From: Mobula hypostoma
Taxonomy: Eukaryota
NCBI RefSeq assembly: GCF_963921235.1
Contig: NC_086109.1
Span: forward strand, 5,892,001-5,956,000
DNA length: 64,000 nt
Reading direction: 5' to 3'
Numbering within the stretch: position 1 is the stretch's first letter; the number at the start of each line of letters is the position of its first letter. Below, in pieces: positions 9,911 through 22,600 of this stretch. A model generated the notes under the pieces. The model was not told the origin of the DNA and did not search any database. It worked only from the letters and a program-made list of their open reading frames with translations. The translations under genes and the position numbers were made by a program.

Positions 9911-12900
9911 TTCAAAACCTCCCAGTTCTTGCTCCACCACTTTCCCTCACCTCTTTATACTGGCTACCTCTCCGTTCTATCTTTCAGTCCAGATGAAGAG
10001 TCTCAACCCAAAATAATGGCTGCCCAGTTCCCTCTATCGATGCTGCCTGACCTGATGAGCTCTTCAGGCATCATGTGTGCCACATAAACATTTCTTCTTG
10101 TTTAGGAAGGCTCCTCACTGCTTGAGGTCTGTAGGGATGCACTCCATTGCCATAGCAGAATATCTAACTCGGCTGCTCTTTGAAAGAGATCCTCACCAAC
10201 ATGGGCGAGGATCCTTGCCACCCATCCCACAATCTCTTTGACCCACTACTGTCAAGGAGGTGGTACAGGAGCATCAGGACTAGGACTGTCAGACTGGGTA
10301 ACAGCTTCTTCCCTCAGGCTGTGAGACTAATGAATACCCTCCCACCACCGAGGTCTCGTCACCAGGACAGTGAGCTGTTTACTGTTCACCTGTTCTGTGC
10401 ACCTCATGCATTTTGAATTATATTTTATTAACTTATTTATGGTAATATTTTGTTTTATGTGCTGTGTGTGACATAGATTTTGTGGGCGCACCATGGTCTG
10501 AAGGCGTGTTATTTCATTTAGTTGTAGGTATGTACAGTCAGATGACAATAGGCTTGAACTTGAAGCTGAAATCTCAAACCAACAGCCTCGCAGACAGCAG
10601 CAGGGATGACCTCTGGACAAGAGGAACTTGCCTTCCAGAGAATGCCAGAATTGGAAAAAAAAGCCACAGAGTTTTCCAAACGGATTCACTGATCAGGATG
10701 TTAACAGTATACAAGGAATGAGTGAGAACCACTAAGAGGCCAAACCCTGAAGCAAACTCAAAAAATGCTGAGAACATTCAGCATGCCAGTCAGCAGCTGT
10801 GGGGGAGAAAACATACTCAATGTGTCACGTTGATGACCCACCAATAGAAATTGGTTTCAGTTAAAGGCCAACAATCATTCAGTATATACTCAATAAAAGG
10901 AATGTCAGGGTTGTATATATATGTACTTTGATAATAAGTTTACTCTGAACTTTGTTAACTGTTTCTCTCCCCACAGATGCTGCCTGACTCACTGAGTGTT
11001 CCCTCAATTCGCTGGACTTACTTCATACTGCAGCTCGGTAGCATAGTAGTTAGCAGAACATTTTACAGTACTGGCTACCCCAGTTCAATTCTCGCCGCAG
11101 TCTGTAAGGAGTTTGTACATTCTCCCCATGACCGTGTGGGTTTCCTCCAGGTGCTCCGGTTTCCTCCCACAGTCCAAAGACATTCCAGTTGGTAGACCAG
11201 TTGAATTACCCTGGATAATTTCCAAGGTAAGGACATGTTCAGCACATCTCTGTGGGCCGAAGGGCCTGTATTGTGCGGGAGGTTTTCTATGTTCTACGTT
11301 TCTATTAATTGGTCATTGTAAATTGCCCTGTGATTAGGTTGGGGTTACTGGCAGTGTGCCTCAAAGGGCTGTAGGGGCCTGTTCTGTACCCTATCTCATA
11401 ATTAATAAATCAATCAATCTATCTTTAGTTTTCTGCTTCGCAGATGAACTCAAGAGTCCAACAGGGTGCTCAATGCAGGAAGGAGAAACCGGATTTTAAA
11501 AAGATAAAGAAAATTAAAAGAAAGAATACAGAGAACTTTAAAAATTACAGAAAACAACTTTGGCTCTTTTTTAAAAAGGTCTAGAAGGGGTAAGTGTTAA
11601 TTTCCTGCACAAAACCAATTCTGCAGTGAATCAGAGGTGCATTTACAATAGAACAGCAGATTCACACCTTCCGACACACTGAACAGCAAAAAAATACTTT
11701 GCAAGCTGAAGCAGAGACAGCAGCCAATCAGGAGTCGCTCATGACGACCAGGTACCGACTCTATCTGCACAACTAACAGGGCCATCAGGTAGTCATCATC
11801 CACCATCAAGAACATGATAAAATAGATTCTTCACCTCACAATCTACCTCGCCACAATCTACCTTGCACCCTTATTGTCTGCCTGCACTGCACTTTCTCTG
11901 TAGTTGTAACACTTCATTCTGCACTCTGTGCTACTCTTCTCTTGTATGACCTCAATGCACCGATAGCATTCAAAACAAGGCCTGTCACTGTAACTTGGTA
12001 CATGTGACAATAACAAACCAATTTATCAATTTGGATTACATATCTCCGAGCAATAAAGTGGCTCAGTCAAATTATGACCTTGTACTTTATTGTCTACTTG
12101 CACTGCTCTTACCCTGCGACTGCAACACTTTGTTCTGAAGCAACACATTGGAGGAACTCAGCAGGTCAGGCAGCATCTATGGAAATGAATGAACAGTTGA
12201 TGTTTTGAGCCAAGATCCTTCTCCAGGAATGAGAAGAAACGGGGAAGATGCCAGAATAAGAAGATTGGGGGGTGGGGGGGGGGGGGAGGGAAGGAGACTA
12301 GAAGGTGAAAGGTTAAGCCAGGAGGGCGGGAAAGGTAAAAGGCTGGAGAAGGAGGAATCTGATCAGAGAGGAGAGTAGACCATAGGAGAATGGGAAGGAG
12401 GAGGGAACCCAGGGGGAAGTGATGGGCAGGTGAGAAGAGGTAAAAGATCAGAATGGGGAAGACAGGAAGAGGGGAGGGGATGGGGAGAAAAATTGCTTTT
12501 ACCGGAAGGAGAAATGGATATTCATCCCATCAGGATGGAGGCTACCCAGACAGAATATGAGGTGTTGCTCCTCCACCCTGAGGGTTGCCTCCTCTTGTGC
12601 CAAGAGGGGGCCACAGATGGACATGTCGGAACTCATCCTGAAAACCTTTCACCTTGCACTGGCAATTGCTCCGCCGGTGACCGCAAGAAACCGCAGCCTT
12701 GTGGACACGGCTCAGCACAGCACAGAAACTAGCCTCCCTTCTGTGGACTCCGCAGTTTGCTGCCCCAGCGAAGAAGCCAGCACTGGCAGAGACGTGGACT
12801 TTTTCTCTTCTGCTCTCTCCCAACAGGAAGAAGACACAAAAGATTGAAACCATGTACCACCAAGCTCAAGTTCAGCTTCAATCCCACTGTTACCAGAATC

Positions 12901-13125
12901 TTGAATGGACCTCTTGTGCGATACACTGAACTCTTGGCCCTCACAGTCTATCTCGTTATGATCTTGCACATTATCGATCACTTGCACTGTGATTTTTGGT
13001 AGCTATTACACTTCATTCTGTTGCTATTGTCTCAACATTAGTTAACCTCAATGCACTGAGTAATGATCTGATCTGTATGCGTGGTATGCAAAACGAGCTT
13101 TTCACTGTACTTCTGTATATGTGTA

Positions 13126-13345
13126 GCCGGCTGGTGGCATAGTGGCATCAGCGCCGGGCTTCAGAGCGAAGGCTCCCGAGTTCAAACCCAGCCAGCTCCC
13201 CAGGCACGCTTTGCATCCGTGCTGGGTTGAGCGTCGAGCTAGCAACTCGACCTCGTAAAAAAGAAATTGCCTGCTATAGAAACATCAACAGTAAAAAGCT
13301 GATGGCCTATGCTCTCTCGTGAGTTCAAAAGGCAATTTCCTTCCT
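13126..13345 (+). mobile_element. tRNA-derived SINE (second copy at ~34429-34650)
   Basis: A box tggcatagtgg and B box gagttcaaacc, followed by a shared body (gggttgagcgtcgagctagcaactcgacctcgtaaaa...aggcaatttc) found in both copies. Confidence 0.8.
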
Positions 13346-14139
13346 TCCTTCCAGTATACGTGACAATAATAAACCAGATTCAATCCCAAGAAGATGCTAC
13401 AAAATGCGTAAGAAAAGACATCTTTGCTTTGGGGCGGCACGGTAGCGTAGTGGTGAGCACAACGCTTTACTGTACCTGCGACCTGGGTTCAATTCCCGCC
13501 GCTGCCTTTAAAGAGTCTGAACGTTCTCCCCGTGACCCTGTTCCTGAACCCCAAACACAATCTCACTATTTTGCTAACGAGAGGAAATCTGCAGATGCTG
13601 GAAATTCAAGCAACACACATCAAAGTTGCTGGTGAACGCAGCAGGCCAGGCAGCATCTCTTTTTGCACTATTTATTTTCCATATATTCTTATTGTAATTG
13701 ATTGTAAATTTTATGTATTGTGCTGCAAGGCTGAGGCAAACAACAAATTTCAAGTCAGATTTCTGAGGACGTACTGTGGAGAGCATTCTAACTGGCTGCA
13801 TGAACGTCTGGTATCGGGGGGGGGGGGGGAGCCACTGCACAGGATCGAAGTAAGCTGCAGAGAGTTGTGAACTCAAGTCACTAGCCTCCCCAACATCCTT
13901 ACATTGCCAAGGACTGATGCCTCAAAAGGGCAGCTCCATCACCCAGGACACGCTACCATCAGGGAGGAGGTACAGGAGCCTGAAGGCACATACTCTACAA
14001 TTCAGGAACAGCTTCTTCCCCACTGCCATCCGATTCCTAATTGAACAGTGAACACTACTCTTTTTTTCCCTCTTTACACTACTTAACTTAACATTTATTA
14101 TATTCAACAATAAATTTCATGACATATTAATAGTCATAG

Positions 14140-17100
14140 CCACAGTTACGGAACTGGAGCTGCAGTTCGATGACCTTCGTCTGGTCAGGGAGAGTGAGGA
14201 GGTGATAGAGAGGAGTTACAGGCAGGTGGTCACACCGGGGCCACGGGAGGCAGACAAGTGGGTCACAGTTAGGAGGGGGAAGGGGAAGAGTCAGGTAATA
14301 GGGAGTACCCCAGTGGCTGTGCCCCTTAACAACAGGTACTCCTGTTTGAGTACTGTTGGGGGGGACAGCTTACCCGGGGGAAGCGACAGTGGCCGTGCCT
14401 CCGGCACAGAGTCCGGCCCTTTAGCTCAGAAGGGTAGGGAAAGGAAGAGGAGGGCAGTTGTGATAGGGGACTCGATAGTAAGGGGGTCAGATAGGCGATT
14501 CTGTGGACGTAGTCCAGAGACCCGGATGGTAGTTTGCCTCCCTGGTGCCAGGGTCCGGGATATTTCTGATCGTGTTCAAGATATCCTGAAGTGGGAGGGT
14601 GAGGAGCCAGAGGTCGTGGTACATATAGGTACCAATGACATAGGTAGGAAAAGGGAAGAGGTCCTGAAAGCAGAATATAGGGAGCTAGGAAGGGAGATGA
14701 GATAAAGGACCGCAAAGGTAGTAATCTCGGGATTACTGCCTGTGCCACGCGACAGTGAGAGTAGGAATGCGATGAGGTGGAGGATAAATGCGTGGCTGAG
14801 GGATTGGAGCAGGAGGCAGGGATTCAAGTTTTTGGATCATTGGGACCTCTTTTGGCGCAGGCGTGACCTGTACAAAAAGGACAGGTTACACTTGAATCCT
14901 AGGGGGACCAATATCCTGGCAGGGAGATTAGCGAGGGCTACTGAGGTGACTTTAAACTAGAATGGTTGGGGGGTGGGAATCAAATTAAAGAGGCTAAGCG
15001 AGAGGAGGTTAGTTCACAACAGGGGGATGGGAACCAGTGCAGAGAGACAGAGGGGTGTAAAGTGAGGGTAGAAGCAAAAAGTACTAAGGAGAAAAGTAAA
15101 AGTGGCAGGCCGACAAATCCAGGGCAAGCATCAAAAAGGGCTAAGAGAGTTGTAAAAGAGCGCCTGAAGGCTTTGTGCGTCAATGCAAGGAGCATTTGTA
15201 ACAAGGTGGATGAATTGAAAGTGCAGATTGTTATTAATGATTATGATATAGTTGGGATCACAGAGACATGGCTCCAGGGTGACCAAGGATGGGAGCTCAA
15301 CGTTCAGGGATATTCAATATTCAGGAGCGATAGACATGAAAGAAAAGGAGGTGGAGTGGCGTTGCTGGTTAAAGATGAGATTAACACAATAGAAAGGAAG
15401 GACATAAGCCGGGAAGATGTGGAATCGATATGGGTAGAGCTGCGTAATACTAAGGGGCAGAAAACGCTGGTGGGAGTTGTGTACAGGCCACCTAACAGTA
15501 GTAGTGAGGTCGGAGATGGTATTAAACAGGAAATTAGAAATGTGTGCAATAAAGGAACAGCAGTTATAATGGGTGACTTCAATCTACATGTAGATTGGGT
15601 GAACCAAATTGGTAAAGGTGCTGAGGAAGAGGATTTCTTGGAATGTATGCGGGATGGTTTTTTGAACCAACATGTCGAGGAACCAACTAGAGAGCAGGCT
15701 ATTCTAGACTGGGTTTTGAGCAATGAGGGAGGGTTAATTAGCAATCTTGTCGTGAGAGGCCCCTTGGGTAAGAGTGACCATAATATGGTGGAATTCTTCA
15801 TTAAGGTGGAGAGTGACATAGTTAATTCAGAAACAAAGGTTCTGAATTTAAAGAGGGGTAACTTTGAAGGTATGAGACGTGAATTAGCTAAGATAGACTG
15901 GCAAATGACACTTAAAGGATTGACGGTGGATATGCAATGGCAAGCATTTAAGGATTGCATGGATGAACTACAACAATTGTTCATCCCAGTTTGGCAAAAG
16001 AATAAATCAAGGAAAGTAGGGCACCCGTGGCTGACAAGATAAATTAGGGATAGTATCAATTCCAAAGAAGAAGCATACAAATTAGCCAGAAAAAGTGGCT
16101 CACCTGAGGACTGGGAGAAATTCAGAGTTCAGCAGCGGAGGACAAAGGGCTTAATTAGGAAGGGGAAAAAAGATTATGAGAGAAAACTGGCAGGGAACAT
16201 AAAAACTGACTGTAAAAGCTTTTATAGATATGTAAAAAGGAAAAGACTGGTAAAGACAAATGTAGGTCCCCTACAGACAGAAACAGGTGAATTGATTATG
16301 GGGAGCAAGGACATGGCAGACCAATTGAATAATTACTTTGGTTCTGTCTTCACTAAGGAGGACATAAATAATCTTCCAGTAATAGTAGGGGACAGAGGGT
16401 CCAGTGAGATGGAGGAACTGAGCGAAATACATGTTAGTAGGGAAGTGGTGTTGGGTAAATTGAAGGGATTAAAGGCAGATAAATCCCCAGGGCCAGATGG
16501 TCTGCATCCCAGAGTGCTTAAGGAAGTAGCCCAAGAAATAGTGGATGCATTAGTGATAATTTTTCAAAACTCGTTAGATTCTGGACTAGTTCCTGAGGAT
16601 TGGAGGGTGGCTAATGTAACCCCACTTTTTAAAAAAGGAGGGAGAGAGAAACCGGGGAATTATAGACCGGTTAGCCTAACATCGGTGGTGGGGAAACTGC
16701 TGGAGTCAGTTATCAAAGATGTGATAACAGCACATTTGGAAAGCGGTGAAATGATCGGACAAAGTCAGCATGGATTTGTGAAAGGAAAATCATGTCTGAC
16801 GAATCTCATAGAATGTTTTGAGGATGTAACTAGTAGAGTGGATAGGGGAGAACCAGTGGATGTGGTATATTTGGATTTTCAAAAGGCTTTTGACAAGGTC
16901 CCACACAGGAGATTAGTGTGCAAACTTAAAGCACACGGTATTGGGGGTAAGGTATTGATGTGGATAGAGAATTGGTTAGCAGACAGGAAGCAAAGAGTGG
17001 GAATAAACGGGACCTTTTCAGAATGGCAGGCAGTGACTAGTGGGGTACCGCAAGGCTCAGTGCTGGGACACCAGTTGTTTACAATATATATTAATGACTT

Positions 17101-18058
17101 GGATGAGGGAATTAAATGCAGCATCTCCAAGTTTGCGGATGACACGAAGCTGGGCGGCAGTGTTAGCTGTGAGGAGGATGCTAAGAGGATGCAGGGTGAC
17201 TTGGATAGGTTGGGTGAGTGGGCAAATTCATGGCAGATGCAATTTAATGTGGATAAATGTGAAGTTATCCACTTTGGTGGCAAAAATAGGAAAACAGATT
17301 ATTATCTGAATGGTGGCCGATTAGGAAAAGGGGAGCTGCAATGAGACCTGGGTGTCATTATACACCAGTCATTGAAAGTGGGCATGCAGGTACAGCAGGC
17401 GGTGAAAAAGGCGAATGGTATGCTGGCATTTATAGCGAGAGGATTCGAGTACAGGAGCAGGGAGGTACTACTGCAGTTGTACAAGGCCTTGGTGAGACCA
17501 CACCTGGAGTATTGTGTGCAGTTTTGGTCCCCCAATCTGAGGAAAGATATCCTTGCCATAGAGGGAGTACAAAGAAGGTTCACCAGATTGATTCCTGGGA
17601 TGGCAGGACTTTCATATGAAGAAAGACTGGATGAACTGGGCTTGTACTCGTTGGAATTTAGAAGATTGAGGGGGGATCTGATTGAAACGTATAAAATCCT
17701 AAAGGGATTGGACAGGCTAGATGCAGAAGATTGTTCACGATGTTGAGGAAGTCCAGAACGAGGGGTCACAGTTTGAAGATAAAGGAGAAGCCTTTTAGGA
17801 CCGATATTAGGAAAAACTTCTTCACACGGAGAGTGGTGAATCTGTGGAATTCTCTGCCACAGGAAACTGTTGAGGCCAGTTCATTGGCTATATTTAAGAG
17901 GGAGTTAGATATGGCCCTTGTGGCTACAGGGATCAGGGGGTATGGAGGGAAGGCTGGTGCAGGGTTCTGAGTTGGATGATCAGCCATGATTATAATAAAT
18001 GGCGGTGCAGGCTCGAAGGGCCGAATGGCCTACTCCTGCACCTATTTTCTATGTTTCT
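14140..18058 (+). mobile_element. CR1 LINE, young, 5'-truncated: ORF1 (SGNH esterase) plus ORF2 (APE endonuclease-RT), disabled
   Basis: ORF1 motifs VIGDSIVRG, CLPGARV, HIGTND, LHLNPRG. APE motifs NARS, ITETWL, GDFN, SDH. RT motifs GVPQGSVLG and FADD. 3' tail tttctatgtttcta. In-frame stops at 14703, 16040 and 17342 and a frameshift near 17725. Confidence 0.95.
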
Positions 18059-18448
18059 ACTTTATTGATCCCAGGGGAAATTAGTTTTTGTTACAGTTGC
18101 ACCATAAATAATAAATAGTAATAAAACCATAAATAGTTAAATAGTAATATGTAAATTATGCCAGTAAATTATGAAATAAGTCCAGGACCAGCCTATTGGC
18201 TCAGGGTGTCTGACCCTCCAAGGGAGGAGTTGTAAAGTTTGATGGCCACAGGCAGGAATGACTTCCTATGACGCTCTGTGTTGCATCTCAGAGGAATAAG
18301 TCTCTGGCTGAATGTACTCCTGTGCCCAACCAGTACATTATGTAGTGGATGGGAGACATTGTCCAAGATGGCACGCAACTTGGACAGCATCCTCTTTTCA
18401 GACACCACCGTCAGAGAGTCCAGTTCCATCCCCACAACATCACTGGCC
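18059..18448 (-). mobile_element. Rex1/Babar LINE 3' fragment (its tail continues at ~14129-14139, on the far side of the CR1)
   Basis: Peptide LDSLTVVSEKRMLSKLRAILDNVSHPLH..CNTERHRKSFLPVAIKLYN. Nearly identical to 30156-30469. Confidence 0.85.
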
Positions 18449-18535
18449 TGAAGAATTAAACCTATTAAACCTGATTCTGATTCATTTTTCATAACTTACA
18501 CGTGTGCAAAACAAACAAAATTAACATGACACTAA

Positions 18536-19654
18536 CACGAGGAAATCTGCAGATGCTGGAATTTCAAGCAACACACATCAAAGTTGCTGGTGAATGCAGC
18601 AGGCCAGGCAGCATCTCTAGGAAGAGGTAGAGTCGACGTTTCGGACCAAGACCCTTCGTCAGGACTAACTGAAGGAAGAGTTAGTAAGAGATTTGAAAGT
18701 GGGAGGGGGAGAGGGAGATCTGAAATGATAGGAGAAGACAGGAGGGGGAGGGATGGAGCCAAGAGCTGGACAGGTGATTGGCAAAAGGGATATGAGAGGA
18801 TCACGGGACAGGAGGCCCAGGGAGAAGGAAAAGGGGGAGGGGGGGATAAAAGCCCAGAGGATGGGCAAGGGGTATAGTGAGAGGGACAGAGGGAGAAAAA
18901 GGAGAGTGAGAAAAAAAGAATGTGTGTCCTTTCAGGTGAGGCAACACTTCACCTGTGAGTCGGCTGGGGTGATATACTGCGTCCGGTGCTTCCGATGCGG
19001 CCTTCTATATATTGGCGAGACCCAACGTAGACTGGGAGATCATTTCACTGAAAACCTATGCTTTGTCCACCAGAGAAAGCAGGATCTCCCAGTGGCCACA
19101 CATTTTAATTCCAAGTCCCATTCCCATTCTGATATATCTATCCATGGCCTCCTCTACTGTAAAGATGAAGCCACACTCAGGTTGGAGGAACAACACCTGA
19201 CATTCTGTCTGGGTAGCCTCCAACCTGATGGCATGAACATTGACTTCTCTAACTTCTGCTAATGCCCCACCTCCCCCTCGTACCCCATCCGTTATTTATT
19301 TATATACACACATTCTTTCTCTCTCTCTCCTTTTTCTCCCTCTGTCCCTCTCACTATACCCCTTGTCCATCCTCTGGGATTCCCCCCCTCCCCCTTTTCC
19401 TTCTCCCTGGGCCTCCTGTCCCGTGATCCTCTCATATCCCTTTTGCCAATCACCTGTCCAGCTCTTGGCTCCATCCCTCCCCCTCCTGTCTTCTCCTATC
19501 ATTTCAGATCTCCCCCTCCCTCTCCCACTTTCAAATCTCTTACTAGCTCTTCCTTCAGTTAGTCCTGACGAAGGGTCTCAGCCTGAAATGTCGACTGTAC
19601 CTCTTCCTAGAGATGCTGCCTGGCCTGCTGCGTTCACCAGCAACTTTGATGTGC
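18536..19654 (+). mobile_element. Penelope-like insertion: ~390-bp inverted pLTR arm, GIY-YIG endonuclease fragment and pLTR
   Basis: GIY-YIG peptide FTCESAGVIYCVRCFRCGLLYIGETQRRLGDHF..LEEQHL..QPDGMN. 18536-18926 is inverted relative to ~19306-19654. 15-bp TSD ttaacat(g/a)acactaa at 18521-18535 and 19655-19669. Confidence 0.9.
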
Positions 19655-22600
19655 TTAACATAACACTAATGCAAGTTTGCGAGAGAGAAAGAGAGAGAGA
19701 GAAATATAAATTTTGGGGTAGTGTTCTGGATTTTCATGTCAAAGTTCAAAGTAAATTTATTATCAAAGTACATATATGTCACCATATACAACCCTGAGAT
19801 TCATTGTCTTGCAGGCATACTCAATAAATCAAAAGAATATAATAACCATAACAGAATCAATAAAAGGCCGCACCAACTTCAGCGTTCAACCAGTTGGCAA
19901 AAGACAACAAACTGTTCAACCACAAGAAGAAAGAAATAATAATAAATAAAGAAGCGATAAATATCAAAAACATGAGATGAAGAGTCATTTAAAGTGAGTC
20001 CATAGGTTGTGGGATCATTTCAATGACGGGGCAAGTGGAGTCGAGTGACCGTTTGATTCTACACCATGGTGGTTGAGGGGTAATATTTGTTTCTGAACCT
20101 GGTGGTGTGAGTCCTGAGGCTCCTGTACCTTCTTCTTGGTGGCATCTTTGAGAGGAGAAAGGTGGTAGGGTCCATGACGATGGATGCTACTCTCCTACGG
20201 TAGCATTTCGTGTGGACGTGTTCAGTAGTGGGGAGGGCTTTACCCGTGACGGACTGGGCCATACCCACTGCTTGTAGGATTTTCCATTCAAGCGCATTGG
20301 TGTTTCCATAGCGGGCTGTGATTGGAGAACCTAGGGGCAGTGGGGGAGCAGCTGTTGTTGAACCTTGAAATGTGGGCCTTTAGATTATTGATCAATGGCA
20401 AAATTCAGAAATTATTTCCACAGCCATCACAGAGGGATCTGAGTTTGGGTCCCCATGTGTTAGCCCAGGTCCCATTACAGAAACGACACAAGGATCCACA
20501 TTGCTCTGCGTCAACAGTAAACCACAGCAGCACCAGCGGTATAATGAGATACAGACTGTCGTCATGTGATACCTAGCAGTCATCAGCCAACTATGGCTGG
20601 CAACATTTTTTTTTAAATCAAGACGGGCATTTTGAAAGGTGCAGAGACTGTTCCTTTGTGCTAGCAGGGTATATTGAACAGAGTTTAATTCAACAGAAAA
20701 TATGGTGTTCAGTAACCAGATTGTTATTGACGCATACAACTCTTTGACACCTTCAGCAGTGCAGCGAGTGTGTGTGGGTGGTGTGGTTTCCCTGTTCTCT
20801 TTCAGCGGAGTTTCGGTACTGACTGCCTGCCTCATTTTTCCCTATTCCACGCGCCAGCACGTGCCAATGCCCAGATGTCTGAGTCGTGCATTTATTGACA
20901 AACAGAGGAAAGCTACAGGTGGCAAGGGTGTCCTTGTGGTTTTTGGAAGAGCATTGATCCTCTGTGATTGGTTGGAACTGACAGCAGCTTCATTCTTGCC
21001 CCATGAAAACAGCAGCGTTTAAAAACCTGGTCTTGCTCTCGCAGCTCTAAAAGAAAATCTGCTGCCTCTAGATACCAGCTAGCTTCCAGCTCTACAGATG
21101 GACGATGTGTCCACCTCATGACAATAGTTCAAAAATCTCTCCAGTGATTACCATCAGCTGCAGGATCAGGGACCAGGGCACACAATTTAACATTGAAGAG
21201 TGCAGGAATTTCTCTATACTGACCGTGGCAGTAATGACCTAGAAACCACAGCATCCAGGACAATTGGATTGGCATCTACGCTAAGTAAACTTCAAAGTTC
21301 AAAGTAAATTTATTATCAAACTACATATATGTCACCATATATAACCCTGAGACTCACTTTCTCATGGGCTTAGTTGATTCTTGATTGGTCAGGGCATGGA
21401 GGGATATGGGAGAAGGCAGGAGATTGGGGCTGAGAGAGAAATGGATCAGTCATAATGGAATGGCAGAGCAGACTCGATGGGTCAAAAGGCCTAATTCTGC
21501 TCCTACAACTTATGGCCTTATACTCAGTAAATCAAAGAACCATAACAGAATCAGTGAAAGACTGCACCCAACAGGACAGGCAAGCAACTAAAGTGCAAAA
21601 GGCAACAACTGTGCAAATGCTACAAGATGGGGAAAAAAGAAATAATAATTAAAATAAATCAATAAGCAAAAAATATCACAAGAGCACGAGATGAAGAGTC
21701 CTTGGCAGTGAGTTCAGAGGTTGTGGAAACTGTTCAGTGATGGGGCAAGAAAAGTTGAGTGAAGTTGTCCCATTGGTTCAAGAGCCTGACGGTTGAGGGG
21801 CAGTAACTCTTTCTGAACCTGCTGCAGGTCTGAGGCTCCTGTACCTTCTTCCTGATGGCAGCAGTGAGAAGAGCATGGCCTGGGTGGTGGGGGTCCTTGA
21901 TGACGGATGCTGCTTTCCTGCGACTGCGCTCTGTGTAGACGTGCTCAATGGTGGAGACCCGTGATGGAGAGCGGGAGATGGGATGGAAGGGATCACTTCA
22001 CAGAGAGCTAGTGTGAACCCTTCTTTGTTATAACAACACAATATGAAAGCAGGTTTGGCAACTGCAGCAAAGGTTTCCTTTAGGACAGATAGAGATATTT
22101 CCCCACCGGCACTCATCGTCAAGCTCTGTGTAGAGTGGAAGTTTTCCAACTGGGTCACTCCTGTTGGCGGTACATTCTTGGCGATAGAGATGGAAGCCTG
22201 CCCCTAGGTGTGTGGGTCCACAACTAGCTGTGGAGATGTACCACTAGAGATGGATGGCCATCACCACCGTTGGAGTGACCCCTCAGCAAAAAAAGTCATG
22301 GGACGCAAGCACCATCTCAGGCCTGAAGATTGGGACACGTCAGGTGATGATACCTACTGCTGCTGAGATGCCACCAGGATCCAAGAATCCAAGAATCCGG
22401 GCAGGCAATGCAGACAACTGCTTCCTTCTATGTAGCCGTTCACAGAACCTGTATTTCCCTAGTGACAGGGTGACAGGGTGCCCTGGGAGAGGAGAGCTGG
22501 TGTAGCTACACTGCAGCAGATCCCACTGAAGGAAACATTCTGAGGGAAAATGGCAGGCTCGCTGCTGGGGGTGGGGGGACAAGAGACCATCCAGTACCTG

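Noticed and set aside
13126..13200. tRNA genes (also ~13431, 34429, 36983, 42050-42118)
   Set aside because: A/B boxes are followed by shared SINE bodies rather than a clean cloverleaf plus terminator; these are tRNA-derived SINE heads.
15304..16080. Long antisense ORFs over CR1 copies (also 16879-17283, 31281-31685)
   Set aside because: Shadow frames of CR1 ORF2 with no independent evidence.
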